64,000 nt of DNA from an uncultured Nitrospinota bacterium (GTDB lineage: Bacteria; Tectomicrobia; Entotheonellia; J063; CAVPRW01): positions 1 to 64,000 of the forward strand of contig CAVPRW010000020.1 in the NCBI GenBank assembly GCA_963707985.1, in the 5' to 3' direction. A program made the position numbers and the translations under genes. This document shows, piece after piece, positions 60,775 to 64,000 of this stretch. The notes beneath the pieces were generated by a model, which was not told the DNA's origin, searched no databases, and saw only the letters and a list, made by a program, of their open reading frames with translations. How positions within the stretch are numbered: position 1 is the first letter of the stretch; each line of letters opens with the position of its first letter.

Positions 60775-60928
60775 GCTTGCAAACGTAATCGCCTCTGCTG
60801 GCAAACATCGCGTCTTTCCGCTCTGATTCATGGCCAACGAGGCACGCGCTCTGCTCACAATCATTGCCAACGAACTCACATTCATTGCACACTGCTTGCA
60901 AACATCCGGTGCTGCTCACAATCATTGC
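60775..60928. repeat. Mosaic of short direct repeats
   Basis: CTGCTCACAATCATTGC at 60851 and 60912 (variant at 60875); CTGCT(T/G)GCAAACATC at 60795 and 60892 (variant at 60775). Confidence 0.8.
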
Positions 60929-61470
60929 GAATAATATAATCGGAATTTTATCAGCATGTTAAGGATTTCGCTTTGAAGATTTCCGACTCATCGGTAAGCC
61001 GGATCTTTACAATTGGTACTTTCACTGAATGCGGGTGCAACGCGCTCTTTGCCCCATATTTTGTTGCCCGCCCGTTTCGGATGCTCTTTAAAATAATGGT
61101 TCCTTTCTGCCCAGCCAGTCCAGGCTCTTCAAGCAGCGCGCGTCGGCAGCCCCAATCGCCAGCCGCAGCAGCCCCAGTCGCTGGCAGCCAGGCGGCGTGG
61201 GCCGGCTGCCAGCAGGGCTGGCTGGCCGCTGGACCGGTTGGGGGGATGCTGGTGGCCTCCGCAGCTCAGGGGGTGCATGCCCGACGGGTCTGTGGCAAAA
61301 TAGCGTTTGAAATTCCTATCCCCAGAGGATTGTCATGCATCACCTGTGCTACAATGGGTCACTCGCGCATGAGCTCGTACACGTATCTCCGTAGAGAGAA
61401 AGCGCAGCCAAGCACCTCGTCTTGGTAGCTGCCGGTGCCCAGTGAGCCTGAGTAATGGAGAAAACTGAAT

Positions 61471-61890
61471 ATGAGGATTACTTCCTTGGTTGTATTATTC
61501 ACCTGTGTGTGTCTGGGTATGGTCGCTAGCGCTAGCGATCCGGCAGCTCATGATACCAGCATACTTCAGAACATGCGTGAACGGATGCGGGCAATGGAGC
61601 AAATCAGTGAGGCCCTCAATCGTGGGGACCTGACCACGGCTGCGGATCTGGCTCAGAAATACCTCCCTCTCCCCGAGACGGTTACGGCCAATCAAGCTAT
61701 GGCCCAGGTAGCAGCGGATTTTCAGCATCAAGTAGATCAGTTTCTTACCACTTTGGCGACTGAAGGGGTCACCACAGCATCCCAGGCCCTAAGCATTTTG
61801 AGCCAACAATGTATGAGTTGTCATACCGAGCGGGGCCTCCAGGGACAGGAAGGGCTCAAACGATTACAGGAACTTCGACGCCCACGTTAA
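61471..61890 (+). CDS. Class II cytochrome c (c'-like four-helix bundle)
   Basis: Signal peptide, helical body, C-terminal CMSCH. Confidence 0.75.
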   Translation: MRITSLVVLFTCVCLGMVASASDPAAHDTSILQNMRERMRAMEQISEALNRGDLTTAADLAQKYLPLPETVTANQAMAQVAADFQHQVDQFLTTLATEGVTTASQALSILSQQCMSCHTERGLQGQEGLKRLQELRRPR

Positions 61891-61905
61891 TATTATGGCT
61901 GTCAC

Positions 61906-63058
61906 ATGCTGAGGTGTGACATGCGACAGGCTTACTCATTCTCAGGTATTGTTATAGGACTACTTATAGGATACACATGTCTAGCCTTCAGCCAAGGCGA
62001 TCCAGAACAAACATGTCGATATCTGTACGAGAAAGTTTACCTTCCATGCAGCGAAGTTGCTCAGGAAGAAGGACTCCAGGCCTGCGAGACCCATGCGCAT
62101 ATTGCAACTGAGGAGGCAGTGAGGACTGGTAGGCTCTCACGTGATCAAGCCAATGTGACAGATGGAATTTGCATAATAGGTTGTCAGATGGGCGAGCGCA
62201 GGCAGATCGCTCCCTACGAAACGTTTCAATCAGTCATCTGTCGTCTTGGGTCACCCAAGGCCACTAGGCCAAAACCAGCTCCTGCACCTACTCCTCCACC
62301 TGCTTCGCGCGCACCCGCCTTTGTCGGCAACTGGAGCGTGTCGAAAAAAGATTCCGAAATTAGGGGACTTCCAGGGTTCCCTTCGAGAATTTTCTCAGCC
62401 GATAGTGAGTGAGTGGAACATCGGGTTCGCTAATGGATCAATCACTATCCTAGAGTTTAGAAAGCCCATGGATATTCATGATGTGAAATACAATGAGAAC
62501 GAGCTCTCGTTCCTGGAAGACTTCGCATTCAACACTCCTGGCCTAGGATATCAAGAAGGGACCACCCAATACTACATCAAGTTCTCGAATCCAAATCGTG
62601 GCCAGGGACAATGGAGACGGCAGGTGACCATAGCGTCTCAGAGAGGTCATAGAACCCTGGAGAGTACGGGGACGCTCGATCTCATCCGAATTCGAGTCGT
62701 GCCGAAACCAGAGTCACCTGAGTTCCCAGAGGTTGAACCTCGCTCCGGCCCGAGTCAACCTATGCCATTTCCCAGAGGTGAGCCTGAGTTCGATCCCAGA
62801 CAACCTATGCCGTTTCCCGAAAGTGGACCTGAACTCGGTCCTTCAGGACCACTCCCACCTTCTATTCGCCAGCGGAACTCCTCCGATGATGCGCGCGAGC
62901 AAGCGGAGTGCAGGAGGCAGTGTACCTCCGTCTGGCAGATGTGTCATAGTGGGTGCCGAAGTGTGATTCACATGGATAAAGAAGACATTGAGCGAGGAGC
63001 TCAATGTCATCGTGAGTGTGACTCTGACAAGCGATCATGTGAAGACTCATGCCGCTAG
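61906..63058 (+). pseudogene. Secreted Cys-rich/Pro-repeat protein, split at an (AGTG)3 repeat
   Basis: Signal peptide and Cys-rich N-domain; removing one AGTG (62404-62415) fuses it to the 62246-63058 frame carrying QPMPFP repeats and four CX3C motifs. Confidence 0.7.
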
Positions 63059-63391
63059 CTGGTAGGTGGTCGGGTAAGGAGATGATATCGCTATCATCCT
63101 CCCCGCAAAACCGCGCGGATCCATCACCGAGTACACGGCTCAAAACAGGCACCACGCCGGGCTGCTCGTTGGCAGCCCTTCTCTTTCGGCAACTGGGCAC
63201 ACTTAGACCGTCTAGCAAAAGGAAACCCTTTTGCAAGCCAGAGCCATGCAAGGGCGTATTTACGTAAATACGTCATTCCTCATTACTTAGAAAAGCGTCC
63301 AGGGCGGTCGTGTATGCGCAACGTGCGGCTAATTCAAATTCACTCCAAACCGGGTATGATCAGTCCATTTACCACCTGAGTGAAGGGGCTG

Positions 63392-63600
63392 ATGATGCCA
63401 TCCGACCTGGCTTTTGATCTGTATACGCGTGTTTTCTTCATCCTCCTGTGTCTCCTGGTCTGTCGGTTTTGGCCCGGCGGCAAGCCATCTCCAGCGGTGC
63501 CGAAACCACCCAAAGGAAAACGCGAGCCCAAGCCGTTTGCCGGTTACACGCACAAGCCCGAGTGCGAGTGGTGCGAACAGCCAGGGCCGACGTGCGCCAA
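63392..63600 (+). mobile_element. N-terminal fragment of a probable IS1-like transposase
   Basis: Hydrophobic start then KREPKPFAG.THKP.C..CE, a pattern recalled from such transposase N-termini. Confidence 0.45.
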
Positions 63601-63947
63601 CTGCTGTGCGTCTGTGGGTCAAGCATGCCCTGATCCCTGTCGGTATGAACCCCTTCCTTGGTTATTCGCGCAGCGCTCCTGCTGACGATCTCCGCGCTCA
63701 CTTCTCCATTTGCTGCCCTTGCCAAAGACTAACTGCTTGACTTCAAGTCGCCCCGTGCCTTGGCGCCCAGCATGGTGTCACGACGCGCGGCCCGCGGTCG
63801 CCGAGCGGGGAGCTGGGGCGACGCGGCGGCGGCGCGGGGGGAGAAAAGGGGCTTTATTTTTCCTATCCGTTCCCCAGTGCTTTGTGGCAAGCGTACTGGC
63901 TGACGCCCTGTATTTCAGGTTGCGCTTTGGGACTCCTGCCTCAAGTA

Positions 63948-64000
63948 GCCGAACGATTAGCGTTGAGCGGCCGCGAGACCAGCGCTTACAGGAACCCCAC
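63948..64000 (-). other. Right arm of a probable attC running off the window
   Basis: Minus strand ..GCGGCCGCTCAACGCTAATC-GTTCGGC; complementary to R'' GCCGAAC at 60743. Confidence 0.55.

Noticed and set aside
60775..60928. CRISPR array
   Set aside because: Repeats are under 20 bp, of two types and irregularly spaced; no cas genes.
62341..62350. Programmed -1 frameshift at A_AAA_AAG
   Set aside because: The heptamer is out of phase with the upstream ORF, and the required shift is +1.
63765..63815. Second comM remnant (GDRGPRVVTPCWAP, minus strand) as an island right end
   Set aside because: Short match in very GC-rich sequence and in opposite orientation; could be chance.
60930..64000. Integron integrase or attI
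   Set aside because: No tyrosine-recombinase motifs (HxLRH, LGH..T..Y) in any listed frame; no convincing attI.

Overview
GC-rich bacterial window. The gene style (orphan family-5 ABC binding protein, LLM oxidoreductase, characteristic IS and recombinase fragments) suggests Candidatus Tectomicrobia/Entotheonella, but that is inference only. 1-46 kb is mostly chromosomal backbone: a sigma-70 factor, a PHP-CbbQ/NorQ-giant VWA-coaE operon, a LysM/goose-lysozyme/M15 hydrolase, nfeD-stomatin, a cca-S2P-trpS-ileS-crotonase-ATP12-like run, a DUF362/epimerase/YqeC cluster, a multi-GAF kinase and an ABC importer with a 2OG oxygenase. Several genes there are frameshifted or internally deleted. From a comM remnant at ~46.8 kb rightwards the DNA is accessory: recombinase/RHH/IS debris, HEPN-like and pentapeptide-TIR genes, and an unannotated minus-strand integron cassette array (~55.4-64 kb). 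The array has about 9 intact, degenerate or partial attC sites, and several cassettes show matching R'/R'' cores. Cassettes include higBA, a HEPN protein, peptidase E, tspO, DUF3565 and hicBA, whose toxin has lost its start codon. No integrase, rRNA, tRNA or CRISPR array was seen. All calls come from motif recognition by eye; no searches were run.
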